NCBI GenBank assembly: GCA_021813445.1
Contig: JAKAKP010000144.1
Coordinates: 30,447-94,446, forward strand
DNA from: Deltaproteobacteria bacterium
GTDB lineage: Bacteria; Desulfobacterota; Desulfobaccia; Desulfobaccales; 0-14-0-80-60-11
DNA: 64,000 bases
Direction: 5' to 3'
Shown here one piece after another: positions 36,044 to 46,937 of this stretch. Position 1 is the stretch's first letter, and every line of letters begins with the position of its first letter. Made by a program: the position numbers and the translations under genes. Under the pieces are notes generated by a model. That model was not told the DNA's origin and did not search any database. It worked only from the letters and a program-made list of their open reading frames with translations.

Positions 36044-38113
36044 TTACTTGATGAGCAGAGGCACCAACAGCAGGGCCACGATGTTCACCACCTTGATCAT
36101 GGGGTTGATGGCCGGGCCAGCGGTGTCTTTGTAGGGGTCGCCCACGGTGTCGCCGGTGACCGCGGCTTTATGGGCATCGGAGCCCTTGCCGCCGTAGAGG
36201 CCGTCTTCGATGGCCTTCTTGGCGTTATCCCAGGCGCCGCCGCCGGAGGTCATGGCAATAGCCAGGAACAGACCGGTGACAATGGAGCCGATGAGCATGC
36301 CGCCCAGGGCCACGGGACCGAGACCGGGGCAGAAGCCCACGACGACCGGAGAAAGGACCGGGATCAGGGCCGGAACCATCATCTGGCGCAGTGCGCTCTT
36401 GGTGACGATGTCCACGCAGGTGCCGTATTCGGGCTTGGCGGTGCCTTCCATGATGCCGGGGATTTCCCGGAACTGCCGCCGCACTTCTTCCACCACGCCG
36501 CCCGCGGCCTTACCCACGGCCTCCATGCACAGGGCGCCGAAGAAGTAGGGCAGCAGGCCGCCGATGAACAGGCCGGCCAGGACCCGGGGGTCGGACAGGA
36601 AGAAGGTGACGTTCATGGATTCCGGGAAGGCCCGGGAGTACTCGGCGAAGAGCACCAACGCGGCCAGGGCCGCGGAGCCGATGGCGTAACCCTTGGTCAC
36701 CGCCTTGGTGGTGTTGCCCACTGCATCCAAGGGGTCGGTGATGTTGCGGATGTCTTCAGGCAGTTCCGCCATTTCGGCGATGCCGCCGGCGTTGTCGGTG
36801 ATGGGGCCGTAGGAGTCAATGGCCACCACGATGCCGGTCATGGAGAGCATGGCCACCGCGGTCAGGGCAATGGCGTAGAGGCCGGTGCCGGGGTGAGCCA
36901 GGCCGCCGCCCAGTTGGAAGGCCGCTAGGATGGCGCAGACGATGACGATAACCGGGGCGCCGGTGGACTTCATGGAGATGGCCAGGCCCTGGATGACGTT
37001 GGTGCCGTGGCCGGTGGTGGAGGCCAGGGCAATGGATTTCACCGGGGTGAAGCTCTTGGAGGTGAAGTACTCGGTGATGCCCACGATCAGACCGGTGAGG
37101 AGCACGCCGATCACCGCCAGCAAGAAGACGTTAAAGGTCGGAATGGCAAAGCCCGCCGAGCCCTTCAAAGCCTTGGAGGCCACGCCGGTCATGAACTTGC
37201 CGGCCAGGGGATAGAAGGCGATGATGGCCAGGACCGCGGCCACAATCAAGCCCTTATAGAGGGCGCCCATGACGTAGGCGGATTTGCCCAGGCGGACGAA
37301 ATAAGTGCCGATGACCGAAGCGATGATGGACACGCCGCCCACCACCAAGGGGAAGAGGATGGCCGGGGAGCCGGCGCCGTACACGGTGTAGGCCAGCAGC
37401 ATGGCGGCCACCATGGTGACGACGTAGGTCTCATAGAGGTCAGCGGCCATACCCGCGCAGTCGCCCACGTTGTCGCCCACGTTGTCGGCGATAACCGCGG
37501 GGTTCCGGGGGTCGTCCTCAGGGATGCCGGCTTCGACCTTACCTACCAGGTCGGCGCCCACGTCCGCAGCCTTGGTGTAGATGCCGCCGCCCAACCGGGC
37601 AAACACGGACACCAGGGAGCAGCCAAAGCCCAGGCCCACCAGGGCGTGCATGGCTGCATGGGGATCAACGTTCATCAGGAACTTGAAGTAGCCGGCCACG
37701 GACAGCAGGGCCAGGCCCACCACCAGCAGACCGGTAACGGAACCGCCCCGGAAAGCCACGGTCAGAGCATGGGCCATGCTGGTGAAGGCCGCCTGCGCAG
37801 TGCGCACGTTGCTGCGCACCGACACGTACATGCCCACGTACCCGGCCAGGGCCGAACCCGTGGCGCCAAGGGCGAAGCCCACCGCCACCCATTTGCCCAG
37901 GCCGAAGAAGAGCAGGACAAAGACCACCGCACCCACCATGGCTACGGTTTTATACTGCCGGTTCAAGAAGGCATTGGCCCCTTCCCGCACCGCCGCGGAG
38001 ATTTCCTGCATCCGGGCGCTCCCTGCATCCTGTTTCAGAACCCAGGTGGTGGTGAACAGGCCGTAGGCGACGCCGATCGCGCCGCACAACAACGCAAAAC
38101 TCATAATATCCAT
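36044..38113 (-). CDS. hppA: Membrane-bound H+-translocating pyrophosphatase, K+-independent type
   Basis: Full-length colinearity with H+-PPases ([28 protein letters not shown]). GNTTKA carries Lys at the K+-dependence position. Confidence 0.95.
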   Translation of the reverse strand: MDIMSFALLCGAIGVAYGLFTTTWVLKQDAGSARMQEISAAVREGANAFLNRQYKTVAMVGAVVFVLLFFGLGKWVAVGFALGATGSALAGYVGMYVSVRSNVRTAQAAFTSMAHALTVAFRGGSVTGLLVVGLALLSVAGYFKFLMNVDPHAAMHALVGLGFGCSLVSVFARLGGGIYTKAADVGADLVGKVEAGIPEDDPRNPAVIADNVGDNVGDCAGMAADLYETYVVTMVAAMLLAYTVYGAGSPAILFPLVVGGVSIIASVIGTYFVRLGKSAYVMGALYKGLIVAAVLAIIAFYPLAGKFMTGVASKALKGSAGFAIPTFNVFLLAVIGVLLTGLIVGITEYFTSKSFTPVKSIALASTTGHGTNVIQGLAISMKSTGAPVIVIVCAILAAFQLGGGLAHPGTGLYAIALTAVAMLSMTGIVVAIDSYGPITDNAGGIAEMAELPEDIRNITDPLDAVGNTTKAVTKGYAIGSAALAALVLFAEYSRAFPESMNVTFFLSDPRVLAGLFIGGLLPYFFGALCMEAVGKAAGGVVEEVRRQFREIPGIMEGTAKPEYGTCVDIVTKSALRQMMVPALIPVLSPVVVGFCPGLGPVALGGMLIGSIVTGLFLAIAMTSGGGAWDNAKKAIEDGLYGGKGSDAHKAAVTGDTVGDPYKDTAGPAINPMIKVVNIVALLLVPLLIK

Positions 38114-38419
38114 CCGCTACCCTCCTATGAGTAATAATTCCCTAAGGTTTTAAGGTTCTTAACGCCGGCAAAAAAAATCGATCACCTCCCCAGCCTATTT
38201 TTTCCTCCTGAAAATACTAGCTTTAGATGAATGACAATACATACCCTAGATTACCCCGCCCTGTAAAGGAAAAATTTCACAAGTCTAGAAGCTATTTTTC
38301 CCTCCCCTATTTTTCCCTGGCGAAGATTTGCTCTAAGCTTAATTTGTGGATATTATTACAAATCACCTGCGGCCTGGAAATTTTTCCTTGCGCCCGACGT
38401 GGAGGAACAATTTGAAAAA

Positions 38420-39112
38420 TTAATTGGATTCAGGTTCTTCCGGGGTTTTTTCCGGGGCTGGCAGGGATGGAGACCTCGGGGAGATAATTTTTTTTCCCTC
38501 CCCTGCGGGCCTCAGGCCCGGAGGCAGGGGCCGGTCCACCAAAAATACCCCGTGCCGTTCCGCCAGAGTGAGTAAGTACTGGTATTCCATGGCCTTTTTC
38601 TGCAACCGGTAGCGCAGCAAGAGGCGCAGGGGAAAATACAGCGCGGCCAGGGCCACGAGGGCAATCAGCAGATAGGTCCCGCCCAGGCCCAGGGTCTTGA
38701 TGGCGGCGGCGAGGTGGGGAAAAGCGAACACTCCTGCCAGGAGCAGCAATACCCCGCCCGAGACCAGCCCCAGCCACCAAAAGCAACGCCCCTTACGTTT
38801 CCGGCCCGGGGCCAGGCCTGCCTGGTCCCCGGCCGGGGAGGCCCCTTCCGGGGCCATCAGCTCAAAACCCCGCACCACCACGCCAAAGAGGAACAGCAGG
38901 ATGATGGGCGCGGTCACCGTGGCCAGCAGGTACTCTTTCCAGGGAAAGGGGACCGGGGGCCGGGCCTGCTCCAGAAAAATGCCGTCAAAATCGATCTTCC
39001 AGATGAGGGTGAAGATCAGGATGAGGACCTCCACCAGGGCCACAATCACCAGGAAGGAGTTGAAGACGTAGCGCTTTTCCAGCGGGTCGTAGAAGTTAAA
39101 GAATTTAGACAT
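38420..39112 (-). CDS. Hypothetical multi-TM membrane protein
   Basis: A 230-aa ORF with about five hydrophobic segments and genome-typical GC. No family was recognised. Confidence 0.5.
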   Translation of the reverse strand: MSKFFNFYDPLEKRYVFNSFLVIVALVEVLILIFTLIWKIDFDGIFLEQARPPVPFPWKEYLLATVTAPIILLFLFGVVVRGFELMAPEGASPAGDQAGLAPGRKRKGRCFWWLGLVSGGVLLLLAGVFAFPHLAAAIKTLGLGGTYLLIALVALAALYFPLRLLLRYRLQKKAMEYQYLLTLAERHGVFLVDRPLPPGLRPAGEGKKIISPRSPSLPAPEKTPEEPESN

Positions 39113-39265
39113 AAAAATATAAAAACTTCCTCACATCTGAAATATCAGATATTTCTTCTTACTATCTCTTGCAATTTATAAATAGATATTATAATCCAAA
39201 AAGACGCATTTATTATTGTTACCACTGATATTATAATCATAATTCCATATATAAATTCATGAACA

Positions 39266-39616
39266 CTATGCTTCAATCCAATAATTTTCGTCATTATCCG
39301 CCACATATTTTGCCATAACAGATATTATAAGTTGTATTGTTAGATATAAAAACCTATTACCCTGAATATTTAATTCTATTGAATCGCTTTCTTGTTTACA
39401 AACCTTGGAGGCACTATAACATAAAGATGATATCCCTATCGCAGAGCCTATTAATGCCAACAATACCGTTGTTAGATGTGCGTTTATATCTTTTGTAATA
39501 AATATTAATGCAATAATTAATACAAGAAAGAAAATAATTGGTAGAAATAAAAAAATCTGTAATTTTCTCAATATATTTTTTATCTTAAACATTAAGTTAT
39601 TCATAATCATTGTCAA
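39266..39616 (-). CDS. Hypothetical small membrane protein in an AT-rich islet
   Basis: A 116-aa ORF with two or three hydrophobic helices. Composition is very AT-rich relative to the surroundings. No family was recognised. Confidence 0.35.
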   Translation of the reverse strand: MTMIMNNLMFKIKNILRKLQIFLFLPIIFFLVLIIALIFITKDINAHLTTVLLALIGSAIGISSLCYSASKVCKQESDSIELNIQGNRFLYLTIQLIISVMAKYVADNDENYWIEA

Positions 39617-39631
39617 TTAATTTTTATTACT

Positions 39632-39716
39632 CATTCCCAAGCCCTACTTGGGAATGCAATTACCTGCCAAGCTAAGCTTGGCAACTATCTTCATTCCCAA
39701 GTATAACTTGGGAACG
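39632..39716. repeat. Three consecutive hairpins (cattcccaag-N5-cttgggaatg; tgccaagc-taa-gcttggca; ttcccaag-N5-cttgggaa)
   Basis: The stems were read directly at 39632-39656, 39665-39683 and 39695-39714. Confidence 0.8.
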
Positions 39717-39805
39717 AGATGTAAAGCTGGAGCTTTCTCCTCCAATTGGGATTCCAAAGCAGTTGAACATGAGCCTTTGCCTCACCCATGAACCATGAAA
39801 AGGTC

Positions 39806-39866
39806 GTAGCGGCGGGCGTCTCGCCCGCCCGGTAAGCCGCACAGGCTGGAAAGCCTGTGCTACCGC
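39806..39866 (+). repeat. Composite double-hairpin repeat of about 62 bp (copy 2 of 3)
   Basis: The sequence is gtagcggcgggcgtctcgcccgcccggtaagccgcacaggctggaaagcctgtgctaccgc. The two internal hairpins are closed by gtagc/gctac ends. Confidence 0.8.
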
Positions 39867-39940
39867 TCAGGAACTTTTCGGACAGAAACAGCCTTGATTA
39901 ATCAACCTGCCAAGGTGGCGGGCAATGCCCGCCCTACCAC

Positions 39941-39967
39941 CCCTGGCCCCTGACCCCTGGCCCCTGC

Positions 39968-39989
<22 letters not shown>
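39941..39989. repeat. Heptamer tandem array (CCCCTGN x7)
   Basis: The sequence reads ccctggc ccctgac ccctggc ccctgct tactgcc ccctgct cactgtt. It overlaps the last codons of the DoxX-like ORF. Confidence 0.75.
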
Positions 39990-40453
<464 letters not shown>

Positions 40454-40536
40454 AAACTGTTTCCTTTTGTCCCCAATCTCAACGTTAGAACAATTATCCG
40501 TGACCCTATGCTCCGTGGTGAATCTCTTCCTTGCGC

Positions 40537-41046
40537 TTACATACTCGTATCCACCGGGTAGCCGGCCTCATCCCAGGCCTTGAATCCTCCCAGGAACGCC
40601 GATACCCGGGTGAATCCCAGGGATTGTAGCTTCTCGGCTACCTTCAGGGCAATATCGCAATGGGCCTCCGCGCAATAAACCACGATTTGCCGGTCTTTGG
40701 CGATGTCGGCAACGGCCTGGTTACCTACCTTTTCCACCTTCGGCAGCGGCAGATTCACGGCGCCGGTGATATGCAGCTCTGCGTATTCCTCGGGTTGGCG
40801 GGCATCGATGAACAGGCTCTGGCCCTTTTGAAACAACGCATAAGCCTGGGCTAAGTTCAGGGTTTTGACCCCCTGGAACTGGACCTGGCGGCGGTGGGTC
40901 CGCATTTCCTCCAGATGCGCGGCTAGGTTCCCTTGGAAGGAAAGGGTCACCACCTGCCAGTGCTTAGCCAGGCCAAATACTGTGGCCAGGAATAGCAAAA
41001 AAAAGGCCCAAGCCAGGTCTTCTCTGAGTAAGCCGCGCCCTCTCAA
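40537..41046 (-). CDS. Rhodanese-like domain protein with an N-terminal TM anchor
   Basis: FIDARQPEEYAELHITGAVNLP and VVYCAEAHCD (active-site loop Cys) are present. Confidence 0.8.
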   Translation of the reverse strand: MRGRGLLREDLAWAFFLLFLATVFGLAKHWQVVTLSFQGNLAAHLEEMRTHRRQVQFQGVKTLNLAQAYALFQKGQSLFIDARQPEEYAELHITGAVNLPLPKVEKVGNQAVADIAKDRQIVVYCAEAHCDIALKVAEKLQSLGFTRVSAFLGGFKAWDEAGYPVDTSM

Positions 41047-41058
41047 CAGCTCCTCTCC

Positions 41059-41460
41059 TTACTCCGACTCTGGGGTTTGCACTGCCCCGGCGCTGTCGTA
41101 CTTCTTGCCGCCAAAGTAAAAAGGCAGGGGCAGGAAACCTTCTTCTTCCTTCAAGTGGCCGTCTTCCCGGGTGTAATGGTAGTAGCGCCAAACCCGCCCT
41201 TCTTTGAGGTCCGCCAGGAAGGTCTGCTTGCCGTCGGACACTAACTGAAACCGGCCCCCCGGCCCCAGGGGACCAAGAGCCTTCATATCCGGCTTGGTCT
41301 TGTCCACCTCCGCGATCTTGCGGGGCTGGGCTTTTTCGCCCTCCCCGATTTGGCGACTCACCTCCTGCTGCAGAGATGGCCCGTAAAGGAAAAAAGCTGT
41401 CGTCCCGGCGACACCCAGTAATAAAGCCCCAATGATGCGCCAACCTTGATTTCTAGCCAC
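41059..41460 (-). CDS. Hypothetical protein with an N-terminal TM or signal anchor
   Basis: A 133-aa ORF 12 nt upstream of the rhodanese gene on the same strand. No family was recognised. Confidence 0.45.
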   Translation of the reverse strand: MARNQGWRIIGALLLGVAGTTAFFLYGPSLQQEVSRQIGEGEKAQPRKIAEVDKTKPDMKALGPLGPGGRFQLVSDGKQTFLADLKEGRVWRYYHYTREDGHLKEEEGFLPLPFYFGGKKYDSAGAVQTPESE

Positions 41461-41689
41461 CTGCCACCCCCAATATGAGTTAGATGCCCCGGGTGTGGAA
41501 GGAAGAGGGGCCGGAGCTGCGTCCCTGCCCTCTCCCCATGTTTCTTTCCCCCCGCCATGGCGGGAAAAAGATTTTTATAGGCTGCTGATCCTAATTAATA
41601 ATTATCGTCTCCAATGTTGCTATGATTTAATAAATCTCTGTTAATATTTATTATAGCCTTTATTTCCATGAGGATTCCAGGGGTCAGTC

Positions 41690-42310
41690 ATGAGCACAGT
41701 CGCCGGTTCAGCCATCGCGGCCATCACCTTCGATCTGGGCAACGTCCTGGTAGCCGTGGATCACTTCCGTTTCTGCCGCCCTTTTGCGGCCTTGGCGGGT
41801 CTAACGCCGGAAGCAGTTTACCGCGCGGTCTTCGATTCCGACCTGGAGCCCGGCTATGACACCGGCCATCTTTCCTCTGAAGAATTTTACCGGCAGGTCA
41901 TGGAACGCTTCCGCCTCAATCTCCCCTACCCCCAATTCTGCCATCTCTGGAGTGATATTTTCTCGCCCCTGGAGGATATGGAACAAACCGTGGCGCGCCT
42001 AGCTGGCCGTTATCCCCTCTACCTGCTTTCCAATACCAATGCCTTGCATTTTCAGTATATCCGGGAGCGCTATCCCCTGCTCCGCCACTTCCGGCGTTTC
42101 ATCCTCTCCTTCGAGGTGGGCAGCCGCAAGCCGGAACCCGGCATTTTTCAGGCCCTGATCCGGCAACTGGGCCTGCCCCCGGCCCACTGTCTCTATCTGG
42201 ATGACAAGCCGCCCTTCGTGGAGGCCGCCCGCACCCAGGGCCTGATGGCCTGGCACTTCACCACGCCCGCTGATTTTCACCGGAGACTCACGCAATACGG
42301 CCTCTGGTAA
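41690..42310 (+). CDS. HAD superfamily hydrolase (subfamily IA)
   Basis: AITFDLGNVL (DxG variant of motif I), LLSNTN (motif II) and YLDDKPPFVEAA (motif IV). Confidence 0.75.
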   Translation: MSTVAGSAIAAITFDLGNVLVAVDHFRFCRPFAALAGLTPEAVYRAVFDSDLEPGYDTGHLSSEEFYRQVMERFRLNLPYPQFCHLWSDIFSPLEDMEQTVARLAGRYPLYLLSNTNALHFQYIRERYPLLRHFRRFILSFEVGSRKPEPGIFQALIRQLGLPPAHCLYLDDKPPFVEAARTQGLMAWHFTTPADFHRRLTQYGLW

Positions 42311-42314
42311 GGAT

Positions 42315-42443
42315 GGTCTTCGGTCCGCAGTCTTCGGTCTCCGGTTTCCCAGCTTTTGGTTTCTTCAGATTTTATGTCAAAACTCGCAATTTGAGTCTTT
42401 TATTCCCTAAACACTGAAGACCGTTGACCGAAGACCGAAGACC
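42315..42443. repeat. Inverted pair of heptamer arrays (GGTCTTC-type x5 and CCGAAGA-type x4) flanking a 64-nt AT-rich spacer
   Basis: The left array is at 42315-42349 and the right array at 42414-42443. They are mutually reverse-complementary and fill the gap between the convergent HAD and TolC genes. Confidence 0.8.
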
Positions 42444-43783
42444 TAAAAAGGCTTCCCAATGGCTTTATCCAACTGCGCCTCCGCCACCCGGTAGTCGTAC
42501 AGGGCCTGGACGAACTTCAGGTCCGCCTGGAAAAACTGCACCTGGGCGTCGGTGACTTCGATGATGGAGCCCACGCCCACCTGGTAGCGCCCCTGGGCCA
42601 GGCGGTAATTCTCCCGGGCCGCTTCCAGGGCCTTTTTAGTGGCCCGGATCAACTCCCAGGCCGAGGTTAGATCCAGATAGCGCTGCTCTACTTCCTTAGT
42701 AATATTTTGGCTGAGCACCTCGGCGTCGGCCAGGGTGGCGCGGGTATTGGCGCTGGCAGTGCGCACGTTATTTAAGGTGAGCAGGCCGTCAAACAGAGGC
42801 AGCGTCACCCCCGCACCCACCCACCAGGACTTATTGTCAAACGAATTGTTGCCGAAAGGGGCATCGGGGGCCGACCAGCCGTACGCCGCCAGGGAACTCA
42901 CCGTCGGGAACCAGCCCGCCCGGGCCACCCGGTAGGAGGCCTTGTTGTAGTCCTGCTGGTAGCGGTTCTTGACGATCTCGGGACGCCGGTTCAGGGCCTG
43001 GGCCTTTAATTCCGTCAGGGACTGGGGCTGCGGGGTCACTTCCAGCACGTCCTCCACCCCGGAGAAAGGAAACTTTTTCAGCCCCATGGCCGTCATCAGG
43101 GTGACCTTGGCCAGGTCCACCGCGTTCTTGGCCTTGATCAGATCGGCCTCGGCATTATACAGGTTGGCTTCCGCCTTGGTGACGTCGATCTTGGCCTTCA
43201 GGCCCACCTGATAAAAACCCTGGGCCTGCTTCACCAGTTCCTGGTTCTGACGCACCGTCTCTTCGGTGACCTTTCTGGCCCGCTGGGCCGCCAGATAACC
43301 GAAATAGGCGGTGCGCGCCTCCAGGACCACTTGCTGGCGGCTGCCCGCGTAATCCTCTTCGCTCTGATGGAACGTCGCCCGGGACTGGTCGATCTGCCCC
43401 GGAGTCTTGCCGAAATCGTAGATCAGCTGGCTCAAAGAGAAGCGGTTGACATAGTAGTCCGTGGTGGCGCCGCCGACGCTGCTGCCCAAGCCGGGGGGCC
43501 CCCCGCTGACCGCGCCGGAGGTGGCGGGAAACGCGTTTCCCCAATAGGCGTTATAAGTATAGGTGACCTGCGGCAGGTACGCGGCCCGGGCGGAGCCGAT
43601 CTGGTACTTGGCCGCGCTCACTTTCTCCCTGGATTCCTTCAATATGGGATGTTCCTTCAGGGCAATCGCCGTGGCCTCCTGCAGGGACAAGCGCCCGCCG
43701 GTCTCTCCGGCCGCCACCGCAGCCGGAGTCAAGGCCAGAAGGGCCAGGAAGATCAGTGCCGCCTTCGCTTTTCCCAGTTTCAC
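42443..43783 (-). CDS. TolC family outer membrane efflux protein
   Basis: Signal peptide and two repeated OEP halves. Typical blocks include LSLQEATAIAL, AAYLPQV and QALYDYRVAEAQLDKAIG. Confidence 0.85.
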   Translation of the reverse strand: MKLGKAKAALIFLALLALTPAAVAAGETGGRLSLQEATAIALKEHPILKESREKVSAAKYQIGSARAAYLPQVTYTYNAYWGNAFPATSGAVSGGPPGLGSSVGGATTDYYVNRFSLSQLIYDFGKTPGQIDQSRATFHQSEEDYAGSRQQVVLEARTAYFGYLAAQRARKVTEETVRQNQELVKQAQGFYQVGLKAKIDVTKAEANLYNAEADLIKAKNAVDLAKVTLMTAMGLKKFPFSGVEDVLEVTPQPQSLTELKAQALNRRPEIVKNRYQQDYNKASYRVARAGWFPTVSSLAAYGWSAPDAPFGNNSFDNKSWWVGAGVTLPLFDGLLTLNNVRTASANTRATLADAEVLSQNITKEVEQRYLDLTSAWELIRATKKALEAARENYRLAQGRYQVGVGSIIEVTDAQVQFFQADLKFVQALYDYRVAEAQLDKAIGKPF

Positions 43784-43829
43784 CCAAAACTCCTGATCAC
43801 CAAGCCGTCATCCACGAATTTTTTTGTAG

Positions 43830-43879
43830 GGGCGAACCTTGTGTTTGCCCAGCACGCCCAGGGCGAACACAAGGTTCGC
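43830..43879. repeat. REP-like long hairpin (15-bp perfect stem ggcgaaccttgtgtt / aacacaaggttcgcc)
   Basis: Read directly, with a 20-nt loop. It lies between gatA and the TolC gene. Confidence 0.8.
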
Positions 43880-43970
43880 CTAATACCTTTATGAGGGAAA
43901 TTTGGTAGGAAAGATTCTCAAACGGCATCTTTTCTTTGGGTTTGCAAACCAGTTCTTAACCATCATTATT

Positions 43971-43994
43971 CCGAAAACCGGAAACCGAAAACCC
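43971..43994. repeat. Heptamer tandem array (CCGAAAA / CCGGAAA x3)
   Basis: The sequence reads ccgaaaa ccggaaa ccgaaaa ccc, immediately downstream of gatA. Confidence 0.8.
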
Positions 43995-43996
43995 TT

Positions 43997-45457
43997 TTAT
44001 AGTTGCGGCTTGCGCTTATGCCAGTCCGTGGCCTGCTCAAAGGCGTAGGCCGCCTGGAACAGCGCGGCCTCCCCCAGGGGCGGCCCCATGAGCTGCAGGC
44101 CGATGGGCAGGCCCCCGGAGCTGAAGCCGCAGGGCACCGAGATGCCTGGGATACCCCCCAGGTTGGCGGAGATGGTGAAAATGTCCGACAGGTACATGGT
44201 CAGGGGGTCGGCCATCTTCTCCCCCAGGCGGAACGCCGGCGTGGGGGAAATCGGGGTGGCCACGACCTCACATTTTTTGTAAGCCGCATCAAAATCCCCC
44301 CTAATTAAAGAGCGCACCTGGGAGCCCTTGCGGTAGTAGGCGTCGTAGTAGCCCGCGGACAGGGCGTAGGTGCCCAGCATGATGCGCCGCCGCACTTCCG
44401 CGCCGAATCCCTGGGTGCGGGTGGCCCCGTACATCTCCAGGAGGCTGCGGCCCTCCCCCCGGAAGCCGTACTTCACGCCGTCGTAGCGGGCAAGGTTGGA
44501 GGAGGCCTCGGCCACCGCCACCAGGTAATACACGGCCACCGCGTATTCGGTGTGGGGGAGGCTCACTTCCACCAGTTCCGCGCCCAGCCCCTCCAGGGTC
44601 TTCAGCGCCTGGCGCACCGCCGCGTCCACGTCCGGGTCCAGGCCGCCGCCGAAGTATTCCCGGGGCACGCCGATTTTTAAGCCCTTGATCTCCCGGCCCA
44701 GGCTCTCCAGGTAATCCGGCACGGCCGCGTCCAGGGAGGTGGAGTCCCGGCGGTCGTGGCCGGCGATGCAATTGAGCAGCAGGGCTGCGTCCCGCACCTC
44801 CTTGGTCAACGGCCCGATCTGGTCCAGGGAGGAGGCATAGGCCACCAGGCCGTAGCGGGAGACCCGCCCATAGGTGGGCTTTAACCCCACCACGCCGCAG
44901 TGGCTCGCAGGCTGGCGGATGGAGCCCCCGGTGTCCGACCCCAGGGAGGCGCTGCACAGATCCGCGGCCACCGCCGCGGCGGAGCCGCCGCTGGAACCCC
45001 CGGGGATGCAGTCCCGGTTCCAGGGATTGTGGGTGGGGCCGAAGGCCGAATTCTCCGTGGACGAGCCCATGGCGAACTCGTCCATGTTCACCTTGCCCAA
45101 AAAGACCGCGCCCGCCTGCCGCAACCGGGCGCACACCGTGGCGTCATAGGGGGGGACGAAATTCTCCAGGATGCGGGACCCGCAGGTGGTCCGCAAGCCC
45201 CGGGTGACTAGGACGTCTTTCAAAGCCAGGGGAATGCCGGTGAGAGGCGTGGCTTCGCCCTTAGCCAGGCGGCCCTCTGCTTCCCGGGCCTGGGCCCGGG
45301 CCCCGTCCGCGTCCACGGTGAGATAGGTGTGGAGCTGCCCGTCCAGCCCCTCGATGCGCTCCAGGAGCTGGTCCGTGACCTCCAGGGGCGACACCTCCCG
45401 CCGGGCCAACAGCGGCCCCAGTTGACTGATGCTCAGGCTGTATAATGCGTCTGTCAT
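43997..45457 (-). CDS. gatA: Asp-tRNA(Asn)/Glu-tRNA(Gln) amidotransferase subunit A
   Basis: Amidase signature [13 protein letters not shown]...[13 protein letters not shown] and full-length GatA colinearity, directly downstream of gatC. Confidence 0.95.
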   Translation of the reverse strand: MTDALYSLSISQLGPLLARREVSPLEVTDQLLERIEGLDGQLHTYLTVDADGARAQAREAEGRLAKGEATPLTGIPLALKDVLVTRGLRTTCGSRILENFVPPYDATVCARLRQAGAVFLGKVNMDEFAMGSSTENSAFGPTHNPWNRDCIPGGSSGGSAAAVAADLCSASLGSDTGGSIRQPASHCGVVGLKPTYGRVSRYGLVAYASSLDQIGPLTKEVRDAALLLNCIAGHDRRDSTSLDAAVPDYLESLGREIKGLKIGVPREYFGGGLDPDVDAAVRQALKTLEGLGAELVEVSLPHTEYAVAVYYLVAVAEASSNLARYDGVKYGFRGEGRSLLEMYGATRTQGFGAEVRRRIMLGTYALSAGYYDAYYRKGSQVRSLIRGDFDAAYKKCEVVATPISPTPAFRLGEKMADPLTMYLSDIFTISANLGGIPGISVPCGFSSGGLPIGLQLMGPPLGEAALFQAAYAFEQATDWHKRKPQL

Positions 45458-45473
45458 TTATTTAAAACCGTCT

Positions 45474-45758
45474 TTAAATAATCCGGGGCACCACGAAATT
45501 GCCTTCTTCCCCCTCCGGCGCGTTCTCCAGGGCTTCGTCCCGGGGCAGGCCGGTCTTGACCTCGTCTGCCCGGAAGGCGTTAAAGACCGGGATGACGTGG
45601 GCCATGGGCGCTATCCCCGCGGTGTCCAATTCCTGCAATTTTTCCACGTAAGCCAAAATATCATTGAGCTGCCGGGTGAACAGCTCCACTTCCGCCGGCT
45701 CCAGGCTGAGCCGCGCCAGTTGCGCCACGTGCAGCACTTCTTCCCGGGTCAGGGCCAT
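45474..45758 (-). CDS. gatC: Asp-tRNA(Asn)/Glu-tRNA(Gln) amidotransferase subunit C
   Basis: A 94-aa protein with LTREEVLHVAQLARLSL...LNDILAYVEKL, typical of GatC. Confidence 0.9.
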   Translation of the reverse strand: MALTREEVLHVAQLARLSLEPAEVELFTRQLNDILAYVEKLQELDTAGIAPMAHVIPVFNAFRADEVKTGLPRDEALENAPEGEEGNFVVPRII

Positions 45759-46094
45759 GTTTGCCTCTCCTCAGCCGGCCCTGGACCCCAGGGCCGCAGC
45801 TATCAACAAATTATTATATAACCCCGCTGCCGTTAAGAATAAAAGATAATTTTCTCCGGCAAGCCGGATCTCCGCCTTCTCCCCTGGATATCCAGGTGGA
45901 TCAGCCTCCCCAGACCCTCCCACGCCTCTCCCCACCCTTCCGAAAAAGGAGACAAAGAGGCTGGCGGCGCAACGAGTATTGAAAACGGTAAATAATTATG
46001 GAATTATGGGTCTTGACTAGTGAAACCGCAGTTTTTTTTGGGTTATGGTGGCAAATAATTCAATAATTTATTATATTAATTTTGGGACCATTAA

Positions 46095-46937
46095 ATGGTG
46101 AAGAATTCCAAAGAAATTCCGGATATTGCCCGCTTGCGGGAGACGGCCCGGCTGGTCCGGCTCGATATTGTGGAAATGCTGCACCGAGCCAACTCGGGTC
46201 ATACGGGTGGGTCGCTGTCGGCCACCGATATCCTGGTGGCCTTATTTTTCGCGCAAATGCGCCATAACCCCCAGGATCCCTGTTGGCCCTTGCGGGACCG
46301 CTTTGTCCTCTCCAAAGGCCATGCCGCGCCGGCCCTCTACGCGGTGCTCTCCCGGCTGGGCTATTTCCCCCGGGAGGAACTGGGCACCCTGCGCCAGTTC
46401 GGCAGTTCCTTGCAGGGCCACCCGGATTCCAGCTGCACCCCGGGAGTGGAGGTGCCCACCGGCTCCCTGGGCCAGGGTCTGTCCATTGCCAACGGCATGG
46501 CCATGGCGGCCCGCCTCAACGGCAACGGCGTGCGGGTCTATGCCTTGTTGGGTGACGGCGAAGTCCAGGAGGGGCAAATTTGGGAGGCGGCCATGTCCGC
46601 GGCCCATTACCGCCTGGATAACCTGACTGCCATCCTGGACCGGAACCGCCTGCAGATTGACGGCCGCACGGGAGAGGTGATGGGCATCGAGCCCCTGGCC
46701 CGCAAATGGGAAGCCTTCGGCTGGCATACCCTCGAAGTCGATGGCCACAGTTTTCCGGAATTGCTGGACGCGCTCGAGGACGCGGTGCAGTTCAAGGGCC
46801 GTCCCACCATGATCATTGCCCACACGATTAAGGGCAAAGGGGTGTCCATCTTCGAAAACCAGGTAAAATACCATGGAATGGCCCCCAATAAAGAGGAATA
46901 TGAGCAGGCCTTGAAGGAGTTGCAGGTTGTCCGCTAA
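46095..46937 (+). CDS. Transketolase, N-terminal (TPP-binding) subunit
   Basis: SGHTGGSLS, DRFVLSKGHAAPALYA and GDGEVQEGQIWEA are present. This is the split-tkt arrangement. Confidence 0.9.
   Translation: MVKNSKEIPDIARLRETARLVRLDIVEMLHRANSGHTGGSLSATDILVALFFAQMRHNPQDPCWPLRDRFVLSKGHAAPALYAVLSRLGYFPREELGTLRQFGSSLQGHPDSSCTPGVEVPTGSLGQGLSIANGMAMAARLNGNGVRVYALLGDGEVQEGQIWEAAMSAAHYRLDNLTAILDRNRLQIDGRTGEVMGIEPLARKWEAFGWHTLEVDGHSFPELLDALEDAVQFKGRPTMIIAHTIKGKGVSIFENQVKYHGMAPNKEEYEQALKELQVVR

Noticed and set aside
45759-46094. A possible sigma70 promoter (TTGACT at about 46013) for the transketolase genes.
   Set aside because: No acceptable -10 hexamer was found at 16-19 nt spacing, so the evidence is too weak to list as a feature.
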